A stretch of DNA of 64,000 nt from Candidatus Eiseniibacteriota bacterium (lineage in GTDB: Bacteria; Eisenbacteria; RBG-16-71-46), in assembly GCA_044223005.1 (NCBI GenBank), contig JBGAML010000008.1, positions 79,962 to 143,961 on the forward strand. Reading direction: 5' to 3'. Within the stretch, counting starts at the first letter, position 1; the number at the start of each line of letters is the position of its first letter. Under the pieces are notes generated by a model. That model was given only the letters and a program-made list of their open reading frames with translations, made no database searches and was not told where the DNA came from. Shown in pieces: positions 1 to 11,482 of the stretch. The translations under genes and the position numbers were made by a program.

Positions 1-94
1 CGGAGCGATGACGCTCCGCGCCCGCTCGACCCCGTGCGCCGATTCCGACGCGGGTGCGCGTCTCGGCGGGCGCCCAGTCGGGATCGTGCGAAGG

Positions 95-131
95 GTGTCG
101 AACGTCATGTGGAGTAGGTGACATTCGACAC
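95..131. promoter_or_regulatory. Paired inverted-repeat operator (GTGTC-N4-GTCAT, 9 bp, GTGAC-N4-GACAC), candidate NarL/DesR-type binding site
   Basis: Two imperfect 14-bp palindromes at 95-108 and 118-131, upstream of the gene next to a DesKR-like pair. The same architecture occurs at 17586-17623. Confidence 0.5.
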
Positions 132-216
132 TGCCGGGAAATCGTGGAAACGGGAAACATATTCGTGCGGCCGGTTGGTCGCACGAACGGTTCCGTACAC
201 ACGAGGAGTGCTCGCC

Positions 217-918
217 ATGAAGACCGGTTTGCCAGCAGTGATCGCGATCGCCGTCGTCACCAGCCTCGCAGCGGCCGCAGTCGCCGCGCCAGCCCCGACC
301 GAAATCCGGCTCGACGCCGCCTGGCTCACGGGCAAGCCCGAGGTGCTCACGTACCGGACAACGAGCCCGCAGGGCGACGGCGTCTACCAGCTGACGATCG
401 CAACCGCCGACTCGGTGCTCGAGCTCGGCGTCAACATCGTCACGCCGGGATTCTCGAAGCAGGTCTCGACCACGACTTCGCGTGGCCTTCGCCCGCTACG
501 GGGCCAGGGCCGGATCCTGGTGCAAGGTCAGGTCGAGATCGCGACGCGAACCGACTACTCCGGCGATTCTCTCGAGGTCGCGACGATCATGAAGCCCTAC
601 GGGAGGGAGATGAACGCCGCCCTGCCGTACACGGGTCAGGTCGTCGACCCGGGCCAATCCGCGTTCATGACGCGTTTCCTGCCCCTGGCCGCCGGGACGA
701 GCTTCGAGTTCTCGTCGCTCGACCCGCAGCACAACCAGCTCGTGCCCTACACGGTGAGGGTCACGGGCGACGGGATGCAGGCCGGCGTGGCCTGCTGGCG
801 AGCCGAGGTGCACACCTTCGAGGGGGAATCGATCGACTGGATCGAAAAAGCGGCACCGCACCGCATCATGCGCATCGAGCAGCCCGCCGACCATCGTGTG
901 ACCGAGTTGATACCCTGA
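217..918 (+). CDS. Exported hypothetical protein (beta-rich, DUF3108-like)
   Basis: GAGGAG RBS before ATG 217, N-terminal signal peptide MKTGLPAVIAIAVVTSLAAAAVAA, normal amino-acid composition. Confidence 0.75.
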   Translation: MKTGLPAVIAIAVVTSLAAAAVAAPAPTEIRLDAAWLTGKPEVLTYRTTSPQGDGVYQLTIATADSVLELGVNIVTPGFSKQVSTTTSRGLRPLRGQGRILVQGQVEIATRTDYSGDSLEVATIMKPYGREMNAALPYTGQVVDPGQSAFMTRFLPLAAGTSFEFSSLDPQHNQLVPYTVRVTGDGMQAGVACWRAEVHTFEGESIDWIEKAAPHRIMRIEQPADHRVTELIP

Positions 919-932
919 GCTGGCGGCCACCG

Positions 933-961
933 TGGACATCGCTCGCGCGCACTTTCATACT
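933..961 (+). promoter_or_regulatory. Candidate sigma70 promoter (TGGACA-17-CATACT)
   Basis: Near-consensus -35/-10 with a 17-bp spacer, 11 bp before ATG 973. No Shine-Dalgarno is visible, so the mRNA may be short-leader or leaderless. Confidence 0.4.
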
Positions 962-972
962 CATCGATCGTC

Positions 973-2055
973 ATGAGACCCCTTCCGAAGGATCCCACGC
1001 TGGGCTGGACGCCTTACGCCTGGCTCATCTACCTGCCGATGTCGATCGTGCCGCCGCTGCTGGGGCGGCACGACCCGGCAGCGATCGTGGTCAGCACGAT
1101 CCTGGCGGCCGCGTTCCTCGTTCTGTACTTCCGCGCGTGGTGGGTGCGCGGCCGCGCCCTGATCTGGGTCATCGCCGGAATGGCAGGACTGGGTGCGGTC
1201 GGCGCGCACTGGAATCCGGGCGCGCTGGTCTTCTTCGTCTATGCCGCCACGTTCGTCGGAGAGGTGGACTCGCCGCGCCGAGCCTACCTCTGGCTGGGCG
1301 CATTGATCGCCATCATGCTGCTGGCCGTCGCGGTACTTCGTCTCGACCCGCGGTTCGCGCTCCCGGCACTCGCATTCTCGGCGATGCTCGGCGCGGTCCT
1401 GATTCACTATTCCGAACAGCGGCGCATCGAGCGCGGGCTCCAGCGGGCACGGGAGGACGTCGAGTATCTCGCCCGGGTGGCCGAACGCGAGCGCATCGCT
1501 TCCGACCTCCACGACGTGCTGGGGCACACCCTCACCGTCATCGTGCTCAGGGCCGAGGTGGCCGCGAGGCTCGCGGAGTCCGAGCCGGAGCGGGCGCGGA
1601 GCGAGATGCAGGACGTCGGCGGCATCGCACGCGGCGCGCTCGCCGAAGTTCGACACGCCATCCTGGGAATGCGGACGGTGGGGCTCGATCGCGAGATCGA
1701 GCAGGTGACGCGGGCACTGGAAACGGCGGGCGTGCAGGTGAAATCGACGGGTACGATCCCCGGTCTGCCGGCCGCCCACGAAACCGTGTTGTCGTTGGTC
1801 CTGCGAGAGGCGGCCACGAACATCATTCGGCACGCGGCCGCACGCCACTGTCGCCTGCACCTGGTTTCGAGCGAGGGGGCATGCGGCCTGGAGATCGCGG
1901 ACGATGGCTGCGGGTACGGTGGCCGCGAGGGCGCTGGACTGCGGGGGATGCGCGACCGCATTCGCACGATCGGCGGGATGCTGGAGCTCCGTGACGAGGC
2001 TGGGACCACGCTCGTCGTTCGGTTGCCGTTGCCCTCGGCGGGGAGTACGGCGTGA
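973..2055 (+). CDS. Membrane sensor histidine kinase, HisKA_3 (DesK-like)
   Basis: About 5 TM segments, H-box ERERIASDLHDVLGHTL, REAATNIIRHA, DDGCG and GLRGMRDR ATPase motifs. Confidence 0.93.
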   Translation: MRPLPKDPTLGWTPYAWLIYLPMSIVPPLLGRHDPAAIVVSTILAAAFLVLYFRAWWVRGRALIWVIAGMAGLGAVGAHWNPGALVFFVYAATFVGEVDSPRRAYLWLGALIAIMLLAVAVLRLDPRFALPALAFSAMLGAVLIHYSEQRRIERGLQRAREDVEYLARVAERERIASDLHDVLGHTLTVIVLRAEVAARLAESEPERARSEMQDVGGIARGALAEVRHAILGMRTVGLDREIEQVTRALETAGVQVKSTGTIPGLPAAHETVLSLVLREAATNIIRHAAARHCRLHLVSSEGACGLEIADDGCGYGGREGAGLRGMRDRIRTIGGMLELRDEAGTTLVVRLPLPSAGSTA

Positions 2056-2654
2056 ATGTTCGCATCCTGATCGTCGAAGACCAGGCGATGGTCTCGGGAG
2101 CGCTGCGCGCGCTGCTCGAGACGGAGCCCGGCTTCGAAGTGGTGGGGCAGGCCGCCAGCGGAAGCGAAGCGCTCGTGCTCACCGTCGAGCGACGGCCCGA
2201 TATCGTGCTCGCCGACATCGAGATGCCCGGCACGTCGGGGCTCGAGCTGGCCGCCGAGCTGCGTCGACGGCACGCCCGCATTCGCGTCGTGATCCTGACC
2301 ACGTTCGCACGGCCGGGCTACCTGCAGCGCGCGCTCCAGGCAGGTGTCGCCGGGTACCTGCTCAAGGACGCACCGGCCGACACGCTGGCTGCCGCGCTCC
2401 GCGAAGTTCACGCCGGCGGCCGGGCGATCGCACCCGATCTCGCCGCGGCCGCGTGGGAAGAGGACCCGCTCACCGAACGCGAGCGACAGGTGCTGAGGCG
2501 GGCCGGCGAGGGCATGTCCAACGCGGACATCGCGGCTGAACTCGAACTGTCGCAGGGCACGGTCCGGAACTATCTCTCCGAGGCCATCGGCAAGCTGGGT
2601 GCGGCCAATCGCACCGAGGCGGCCCGTCTCGCGCGGCGCAAGGGCTGGCTCTAG
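2052..2654 (+). CDS. NarL/LuxR-family response regulator (DesR-like)
   Basis: REC motifs (IVEDQ, DIEMP, LTTF, YLLKD) plus LuxR HTH (LTERERQVL...GTVRNYLS). GTGA overlap with the kinase. Confidence 0.95.
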   Translation: MNVRILIVEDQAMVSGALRALLETEPGFEVVGQAASGSEALVLTVERRPDIVLADIEMPGTSGLELAAELRRRHARIRVVILTTFARPGYLQRALQAGVAGYLLKDAPADTLAAALREVHAGGRAIAPDLAAAAWEEDPLTERERQVLRRAGEGMSNADIAAELELSQGTVRNYLSEAIGKLGAANRTEAARLARRKGWL

Positions 2655-2802
2655 CGCCGGTTCGGCGCGGTCCCCTTCCGTGAATCGCGCGCGCCCACGA
2701 CCTGCTGGCCGCGCTCGTACGCAAATCGTTAGCCTGCCCGATGCCTGCTGTTTATCCTCGTCTCCTCGAAAGCAGTCCGGCGCGGTGGGGAGAAGAGACG
2801 CC

Positions 2803-3732
2803 ATGACCTGTTCGGTGCGTTGCAAGGCCCTGCTCACATTCACGCTCGTGCTCGCCGCGAGCTCAACGCTTCCGCTGCACGCCTTGGCGGCTTCGCATGG
2901 GACGGACCGCGCGCCGACGTTCGTCTCGACCGCCTGGCTCGAGCGCCACAAGGCGGATCCCGGCCTGGTCGTGCTGCACGCCGCGCAGGCGCGCGCCGAC
3001 TTCGACGCCGGGCACGTGCGCGGCTCGCGCTTCGTGCCGTGGGCCGCGTTCGCGGGCCCGCACGACAGCCTCTCCACCGAGATGCCGTCCGAGGCGCGCT
3101 TCGATTCGCTCCTCGCGGCCGCAGGCGTGCATGATGGCGATCGGCTCGTGCTGATCGGCGGGCCGGTCACGACTGTGGCGCGGCTGCTCGTGACGCTCGA
3201 TCGCTTCGGCCTCGGCGACCGCGCGTCGATCGTGGACGGCGGCATCGACGCGTGGCGCGACGAAGGCCGCCCGGTGGTGCGCGACTCGCTGGCGATCGCG
3301 CCGGGCCACGTGACGCTGCACCCGGTCGCCGATCGCGTGGTGGACGCGGCGTGGGTGCGCGCGCACGCGGGCGCCGCCCGCGTCGCGATCGTCGACGCGC
3401 GCACGCCGGAGTTCTACGAAGGCGCTTCGCCGGGCGCGATGCCGCGAGCCGGCCGTCTGCCCGGCGCGGGCAACGCGCCCTACACGTGGCTCACGCGCGA
3501 GCTCGGCCGCTTCCGCGACGCGAAGGACCTCTCGCGAATCTTTTCGCGCGCGGGCGTGGCGCCGGGGGATACGGTCGTGACCTACTGCCACATCGGGATC
3601 CAGGCGTGCGCGGCGTACGTGGCCGCGCGCAGTCTCGGCCACGACGTGCGCTTCTACGACGGCGCCTACGAGGACTGGAGCCGGCGCTCGGACCTGCCCG
3701 TCGAGCGCGGGCCCGTCACCACCGCACACTGA
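2803..3732 (+). CDS. Exported tandem-domain sulfurtransferase (rhodanese/SseA family)
   Basis: FVSTAWL, GHVRGS, DGGIDAW, IVDAR, catalytic YCHIG loop, FYDGAYEDW signature, and a signal peptide. Confidence 0.88.
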   Translation: MTCSVRCKALLTFTLVLAASSTLPLHALAASHGTDRAPTFVSTAWLERHKADPGLVVLHAAQARADFDAGHVRGSRFVPWAAFAGPHDSLSTEMPSEARFDSLLAAAGVHDGDRLVLIGGPVTTVARLLVTLDRFGLGDRASIVDGGIDAWRDEGRPVVRDSLAIAPGHVTLHPVADRVVDAAWVRAHAGAARVAIVDARTPEFYEGASPGAMPRAGRLPGAGNAPYTWLTRELGRFRDAKDLSRIFSRAGVAPGDTVVTYCHIGIQACAAYVAARSLGHDVRFYDGAYEDWSRRSDLPVERGPVTTAH

Positions 3733-3767
3733 CCGGAACCGGGACGGCGTGTCCCGGAACCGGACAC
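3729..3767. promoter_or_regulatory. Tandem palindromic sites (CTGACC-N7-GGACGG and GTGTCC-N7-GGACAC), candidate enhancer for the NtrC-type regulator
   Basis: Perfect 6-7-6 palindrome at 3749-3767 and a degenerate copy 20 bp upstream, about 140-175 bp before the exporter operon. Confidence 0.4.
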
Positions 3768-3770
3768 TCG

Positions 3771-3801
3771 CGCCCTTCGCCCCGGATCGGGGTGAAGGGC
3801 G
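3771..3801. other. GC-rich stem-loop downstream of the rhodanese gene
   Basis: CGCCCTTCGCCCCG-gat-CGGGGTGAAGGGCG (one G:U pair), no U-tract. Confidence 0.4.
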
Positions 3802-3903
3802 CAACGCGTTGCGCGCCAGCCGCTCGCGCGGTTCGCCCGGCGCGGTACGGAACTTCCTGCAACCCGCCACGTGGCCGCGCCGTCGAAGCGGCACGGAGGG
3901 GGC

Positions 3904-5145
3904 ATGGATATTCCGATCGCGAAGAAGAAGCGAAAGCACTGGCTGCTCTACGCCGTCGGCGGCGCGGGGCTGCTGCTCGGCACCCTCGGCTTGCTTCGGC
4001 TCCAGCCGGCGGGGCCGACGGTCGAGCGTTCGATGCTCCTCGTCGACACGGTCCGGCGCGGGGACATGCGCCGGGACGTGCGCGGCAACGGCACGCTGGT
4101 CCCCGAGGACCTGCGCATCGTGTCGGCGCTCACGGCCGGACGCATCGAGCGCATCGTGGCCCGCCCGGGCACGAAGGTCGAGCCCGGCACCGTGCTGCTC
4201 GAGATGAGCAACCCCGACGTCCAACTGGAAGCCCTCGACGCCGAGCGGCAGCTCACGCTCGCCGAGGCCGAACTCGCCACGCAGCGGGCCTCGCTCGAGA
4301 CCGAGCGGCTCGCGGCCGTGAGCTCGCTCGCCTCCGCGCGTACCGAAGCGCGCGAGGCCGAGCGCCAGGTGCGAGTGGCCGAGCGGCTCGCCGCGGAGGG
4401 CTTGTCGTCGGGAATGGACGCCGAGCGCGCCACGGACCGCGCCGCCGAGGCGCGCGAGCGCTACGACAGCGAACAGCGCCGGCTGTCGGTCGTCGAGGAG
4501 GCGGCCCGCGCGCAGCTGGCGCTGCGCCGCAGCGAGGTCGACCGCCTGCGCTCGATCGTCACGTTCCAGCGCGATCGCGTCGCCTCGATGCAGGTGCGCG
4601 CCGGCCAGAAGGGCGTCGTGCAGTCACTCGCGCTGCAGCCGGGCCAGTGGGTGAACCCGGGGCAGGAGCTCGCGCGTATCGCGGGGCAGGACCGGCTCAA
4701 GGCCGTGCTGCAGGTGCCGGAGTCGCAGGCGCGCGATCTCGCCCTGGGCCTGCGCGCGCGGGTCGACACCCGCGACGGCGTGATCGACGGCCACGTGTCG
4801 CGTGTGGATCCCGCGGTGCAGGGCGGCACGGTCGCGGTGGACGTCGCGCTCGAGGGCACGCTGCCGCGAGCGGCGCGTCCCGACCTCTCGGTCGATGGGA
4901 CCATCGAGATCGACCGGATCCCGAACGCGCTGTTCGTCGGCCGGCCCGCCGAGGCGTCCACCGAATCGGCGACGTCGCTGTTCCGGCTCGACCCGAGCGG
5001 CCACGTCGCGATGCGCGTGAAGGTGCGTCTCGGCCGCGGCGCCGCCGATGCCGTGGAGATCCTCGCCGGACTGAAGGAAGGCGACCGCGTGATCCTCAGC
5101 GACATGTCGCAGTGGAACGCGGTCGATCGCGTGAACTTGAAATGA
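3904..5145 (+). CDS. Periplasmic adaptor / membrane fusion protein (HlyD/MacA-like)
   Basis: N-terminal basic patch and TM, VRGNGTLVP, long coiled coil, barrel-sandwich, C-terminal GLKEGDRVILSD. GGAGG RBS. Confidence 0.92.
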   Translation: MDIPIAKKKRKHWLLYAVGGAGLLLGTLGLLRLQPAGPTVERSMLLVDTVRRGDMRRDVRGNGTLVPEDLRIVSALTAGRIERIVARPGTKVEPGTVLLEMSNPDVQLEALDAERQLTLAEAELATQRASLETERLAAVSSLASARTEAREAERQVRVAERLAAEGLSSGMDAERATDRAAEARERYDSEQRRLSVVEEAARAQLALRRSEVDRLRSIVTFQRDRVASMQVRAGQKGVVQSLALQPGQWVNPGQELARIAGQDRLKAVLQVPESQARDLALGLRARVDTRDGVIDGHVSRVDPAVQGGTVAVDVALEGTLPRAARPDLSVDGTIEIDRIPNALFVGRPAEASTESATSLFRLDPSGHVAMRVKVRLGRGAADAVEILAGLKEGDRVILSDMSQWNAVDRVNLK

Positions 5146-5176
5146 GCCCCACCGCTCTCCGTACCGAGGAGGAACG

Positions 5177-5917
5177 ATGACGACCACGACGCTGCCCACC
5201 GCCGGCTCGGGATCCACCGCGAACGCCGCCGCCGGTGCACTGCTCCGCCTCGAGCGGGTCGGCAAGGTGTTCACGACCGACGAAGTCGAGACGCACGCGC
5301 TTTCGGGGATCGATCTCGAGATCCGCAAGGGCGAGTACGTGGCGATCTCGGGCCCCTCGGGCTGCGGCAAGTCCACGCTGCTCTCGATTCTCGGCCTGCT
5401 CGACACGCCGACGGCGGGTACGTACCTGCTCGACGGCGTCCCCGTGCAGAGCCTGGGGTTCGCCGAGCGCGCCCGCATCCGGAATCGCCAGATCGGGTTC
5501 ATCTTCCAGAGCTTCAACCTGATCGGCGACCTCACCGTGTACGAGAACGTCGAGCTGCCGCTGACGTACCGCGGCATGAGCGCGCAGCAGCGTCGCAAGC
5601 TCGTCGGCGAGGCACTCGAACGCGTCAGCATGGCCTACCGCTCGCGTCACCTGCCGGCGCAGCTTTCGGGCGGCCAGCAGCAGCGCGTCGCGGTGGCGCG
5701 CGCACTGGCCGGGGATCCGCTGCTGCTGCTGGCGGACGAGCCCACCGGCAACCTCGACTCGACGAACGGCGAGTCGGTCATGGAACTGCTGCGCGAACTG
5801 CACGGCATGGGCTCGACGGTGTGCATGGTGACGCACGACCCGCGGTTCGCCCGTCACGCGGAACGCACGATCCACCTGTTCGACGGCCGCATCGTCGACG
5901 AGCGCCGCGGACGCTAG
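5177..5917 (+). CDS. ABC transporter ATP-binding protein (MacB/LolD-like)
   Basis: Walker A GPSGCGKST, LSGGQQQRVAVARAL, LLLADEPTGNLD, VTHD. Confidence 0.96.
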   Translation: MTTTTLPTAGSGSTANAAAGALLRLERVGKVFTTDEVETHALSGIDLEIRKGEYVAISGPSGCGKSTLLSILGLLDTPTAGTYLLDGVPVQSLGFAERARIRNRQIGFIFQSFNLIGDLTVYENVELPLTYRGMSAQQRRKLVGEALERVSMAYRSRHLPAQLSGGQQQRVAVARALAGDPLLLLADEPTGNLDSTNGESVMELLRELHGMGSTVCMVTHDPRFARHAERTIHLFDGRIVDERRGR

Positions 5918-5927
5918 AGGAGACACG

Positions 5928-8339
<2,412 letters not shown>

Positions 8340-8356
8340 GGCTTATCTTTCGCCGC

Positions 8357-9733
8357 GTGAGCACCGCTCCCGCCCGACTGCTCGTCGCCGACGACGATCC
8401 CGACGTCCTCGCCGCGCTGCGCCTACTGCTGCGCGGCGAGGGCTTCGAAGTCGAGACCGCGACCAGTCCCGCGCTCGTCCTGCACGCCGTCGAGGAACGC
8501 GATTTCGCACTCGCGCTGATCGACATGAACTACGCGCGCGATACGACGAGCGGCGGGGAGGGCCTCGACCTGCTCGAGCGCCTGCGCGGGCTGGATCCGT
8601 CGCTCCCGGTGGTCGTGATGACGGCGTGGGGCAGCGTCGAGGGTGCGGTCGCCGCCGTGCGCCGCGGCGCGCGCGACTACGTGCAGAAACCCTGGGACAA
8701 CGAACGGCTGCTGCAGCAGCTGCGTACGCAGATCGAGCTCGCCAGCGCGTTGCGCCGGGGCGCGCGACTCGAGCAGGAGAACCGGCTGCTGCGCCGCGAC
8801 GGCGTGCCGGAGATCGTGTCGGAGTCCACCGCCATGCGAGCGGTGCTCGACCTGGTGCAGCGCGTCGCACCCAGCGAGGCTCACGTACTGGTCACCGGTG
8901 AACACGGCACGGGCAAGGAGCTGGTCGCGCGGCTCGTGCACGCGCTGTCCGCGCGTGCCCACCGGCCGTTCGTCGCCGTGAACGCCGGCGGCCTCTCGGA
9001 CGGCGTGTTCGAGAGCGAGTTGTTCGGTCACCAGAAGGGCGCTTTCACCGGCGCGAACGCCGACCGCGCCGGGCGCTTCGAGTTCGCCGACGGCGGCACG
9101 CTGTTCCTGGACGAGCTCGCGAACGTGGCGCTGCCGCAGCAGGCGAAGCTGCTGCGCGTGCTGCAGACCGGCGAGTTCGAGCGCGTCGGCTCGTCGCGCA
9201 CCCGTCACGCCGACGTGCGGCTCGTCTCGGCGACCAACGCCGACCTGCGCGCCGAAGCGGCGGCGGGGCGGTTCCGCGAGGACCTGCTCTTCCGGCTGAA
9301 CACCGTCGAAATCCACCTGCCGCCGCTGCGCGAGCGGCGAGAGGACGTACCGGCGCTGGCGGCGTTCTTCCTGCAACGTTACGCCAGGCGGTACCGCAGG
9401 CCGCTCACCGGTTTCGCGCCCGCGGCGCTGCAGTCGTTGCTCTCGCATCCGTGGCCGGGAAACGTGCGCGAACTCGACCACGCGATCGAGCGCGCGGTGC
9501 TGCTGGCCCGCGGCGCCGACGTCGGCGCCGAGGACCTGGGGCTGCGGACGGTGGCGGACGGCGCGCCGCCGATCGAGCACCTCACGCTCGACGAGGCCGA
9601 GCGGCTGCTCATCACACGCGCGCTGGAACGCCACGGCAACAATGTGAGCCTCGCCGCCCGCTCGCTCGGCGTCTCTCGCAGCGCGCTCTACCGCCGGCTC
9701 GAGCGGCACGGCATCCGGGATCCCGGCGCGTGA
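8357..9733 (+). CDS. Sigma54-dependent response regulator (NtrC family: REC-AAA+-Fis HTH)
   Basis: LLVADDD, GEHGTGKE, ESELFGHQKGAFTGA, GGTLFLDE, WPGNVREL and a C-terminal HTH. GTG start inferred within ORF 7505..9733. Confidence 0.94.
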   Translation: MSTAPARLLVADDDPDVLAALRLLLRGEGFEVETATSPALVLHAVEERDFALALIDMNYARDTTSGGEGLDLLERLRGLDPSLPVVVMTAWGSVEGAVAAVRRGARDYVQKPWDNERLLQQLRTQIELASALRRGARLEQENRLLRRDGVPEIVSESTAMRAVLDLVQRVAPSEAHVLVTGEHGTGKELVARLVHALSARAHRPFVAVNAGGLSDGVFESELFGHQKGAFTGANADRAGRFEFADGGTLFLDELANVALPQQAKLLRVLQTGEFERVGSSRTRHADVRLVSATNADLRAEAAAGRFREDLLFRLNTVEIHLPPLRERREDVPALAAFFLQRYARRYRRPLTGFAPAALQSLLSHPWPGNVRELDHAIERAVLLARGADVGAEDLGLRTVADGAPPIEHLTLDEAERLLITRALERHGNNVSLAARSLGVSRSALYRRLERHGIRDPGA

Positions 9734-11061
9734 GCGCGAAGCGGCGGTTCTCGTACGATGCCCGCATCACGTGGATCGCACTGGCCGGCGGGTTGCCCGC
9801 GATCGTGGTTGCCGCCGTGGCGATCGTGCGCTGGGACGCGCCGGCAGCGACGCGCACCCTGGTGGCGGTCGCGGTCCCCGTCGCGTGGCTGCTCGGTGCG
9901 CTGGCGGTTCGCGAGCGCGCGACGCGGTCGCTGCAGACGCTCGCGAATCTCGTGGCCGCGGTACGCGAAGGGGACACGTCGATCCGGGCACGTGGCGCCG
10001 ACCCCACCGATTCGCTCGGGCTCGCGTACCACGAGATCAATGCGCTCGCCGAAGCGGGCAGGCACCGGCGCTGGGAATCGTTCGAAGCGGCGTCGCTGCT
10101 GCGGCAGGTGATGGAATCGATCGACGTCGCCCTGTTCGCGTTCGATCCCGAGGGCCGGCTGCGCGTCATGAACCGCGTGGGCGAGCAGTGGCTGGCGTTG
10201 CCCCCGGAGCGGGCGCTGGGACGATCGGCGAACGAACTGGGACTCGCGGGCGCGCTCGCGGGCGACGTTCCGCGGGTCGAGGATCTCGCGCTCGCCGGCC
10301 GCTCGGGGCGGTTCGAGATCCGGCGCGGTGGATACCGTCACGAAGGCCGCCCGCACGAGCTTCTCGTCGTTTCCGACCTCGGGCGAGCGCTGCGCGAGGA
10401 AGAGCGCCAGGCGTGGCAGCGCCTGATTCGCGTGCTGAGCCACGAGATCAACAACTCCCTGGCCCCGATCCAATCGATCGCGGGCAGCCTGCGGACGGCG
10501 GTGCAGCGCGGCGGAACCACAGCCGGCTCGACGGACCTGCGGGACGGGCTCGAAGTGATCGAGGCGCGCGCCCGCGCCCTCGCGCGGTTCCTGCACGCCT
10601 ATGCGACGCTCGCACGCCTGCCGGCGCCCCGGTTCGGCACGGTCGACGCGCGCGAGTGGATCCGGCGCGGCGCCGCGCTCGAAGCGCGGCTCGCCGTGGA
10701 CGTGCACCCGGGACCCGACGTGAGGCTGCGGGCCGACGGGGACCAGCTCGACCAGCTGCTCATCAACGTCGTCCGCAACGCCGCCGACGCGGCGCTCGAA
10801 ACGGGCGGGCGCGTGTGGATCGAATGGCGTCGCGGGGACGCGGGGCTCGAGCTCGACGTGCACGACGAGGGCCCCGGCATCGCCGAGGTCGCCAACCTGT
10901 TCGTGCCGTTCTTCACCACCAAGCCGGACGGCAACGGCATCGGCCTCGCGCTCGCGCGCCAGATCGCCGAAGCCCACGGGGGCACCCTGTCGCTCGCGAA
11001 CCACGACGGGGCGCGCGGATGCGTGGCCCGGGTGCGGCTGCCAGCGGGGGAAGCGGGGTGA
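9730..11061 (+). CDS. PAS-domain sensor histidine kinase (NtrY-like)
   Basis: 2 TM, PAS-like segment, LSHEINNSLAPI H-box, NVVRNA, DEGPG, FFTTKPDGNGIGL. GTGA overlap with the regulator. Confidence 0.92.
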   Translation: MSAKRRFSYDARITWIALAGGLPAIVVAAVAIVRWDAPAATRTLVAVAVPVAWLLGALAVRERATRSLQTLANLVAAVREGDTSIRARGADPTDSLGLAYHEINALAEAGRHRRWESFEAASLLRQVMESIDVALFAFDPEGRLRVMNRVGEQWLALPPERALGRSANELGLAGALAGDVPRVEDLALAGRSGRFEIRRGGYRHEGRPHELLVVSDLGRALREEERQAWQRLIRVLSHEINNSLAPIQSIAGSLRTAVQRGGTTAGSTDLRDGLEVIEARARALARFLHAYATLARLPAPRFGTVDAREWIRRGAALEARLAVDVHPGPDVRLRADGDQLDQLLINVVRNAADAALETGGRVWIEWRRGDAGLELDVHDEGPGIAEVANLFVPFFTTKPDGNGIGLALARQIAEAHGGTLSLANHDGARGCVARVRLPAGEAG

Positions 11062-11166
11062 CGGGAGGGCTGGCACGACGCGCGGCTGCGCCGTGAGCGT
11101 CGCGACCCGCACGGCTGCCCGGGGAGGCGCCGCCGAGTTCGGCGTTCTCGCGAAGTTTCCTGCCAG

Positions 11167-11451
11167 GTGGCGGAATTGAGTGTTGGAACGCGGAACGCGG
11201 CGGTAGCATTTCCTCCAGGGGTTCCCGCGCGCGGCACCACACGCATCGTCTTCGTGTTGCCGGCCGACGCGGAGACGCGCCTGCGCGTCGTCGACGTGCA
11301 GGGCCGCGTCGTCGCGAACCTCGCCGACGGACGGCTCGCCGCGGGACCGCACGCGCTCGAGTGGCGCGCGGACGTCCGCCCGGGGCTCTACTTCGTCCGG
11401 CTCGACGCGGACGGGCGCCGGGTCACGCGAAGCGTCGTGATCGTCCGCTAG
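11167..11451 (+). CDS. Stand-alone T9SS-type-A/FlgD-Ig-like C-terminal domain (possible gene remnant)
   Basis: LRVVDVQGRVVANL..G...AG.H.LEW...PGLYFVRL matches the CTDs of eight other ORFs. No signal peptide or passenger domain. Confidence 0.55.
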   Translation: MAELSVGTRNAAVAFPPGVPARGTTRIVFVLPADAETRLRVVDVQGRVVANLADGRLAAGPHALEWRADVRPGLYFVRLDADGRRVTRSVVIVR

Positions 11452-11482
11452 AGGCCGCGCGGGAAGTTCCCGCAGCCTCCGC

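Noticed and set aside
136..195. Riboswitch upstream of the first gene (GGAAA repeats plus a hairpin at 162-187)
   Set aside because: It is only a single hairpin, and I could not match a known aptamer consensus by eye. An Rfam cmscan would be needed.
11071..11086. TGGCACG as a sigma54 promoter
   Set aside because: The -12 position reads GG rather than GC and the TT is missing.
11059..11451. Stop-codon readthrough fusing the histidine kinase to the in-frame orphan CTD
   Set aside because: Sharing a frame is a one-in-three chance, the intervening translation is low-quality, and a secretion tag on a cytoplasmic kinase domain is implausible.
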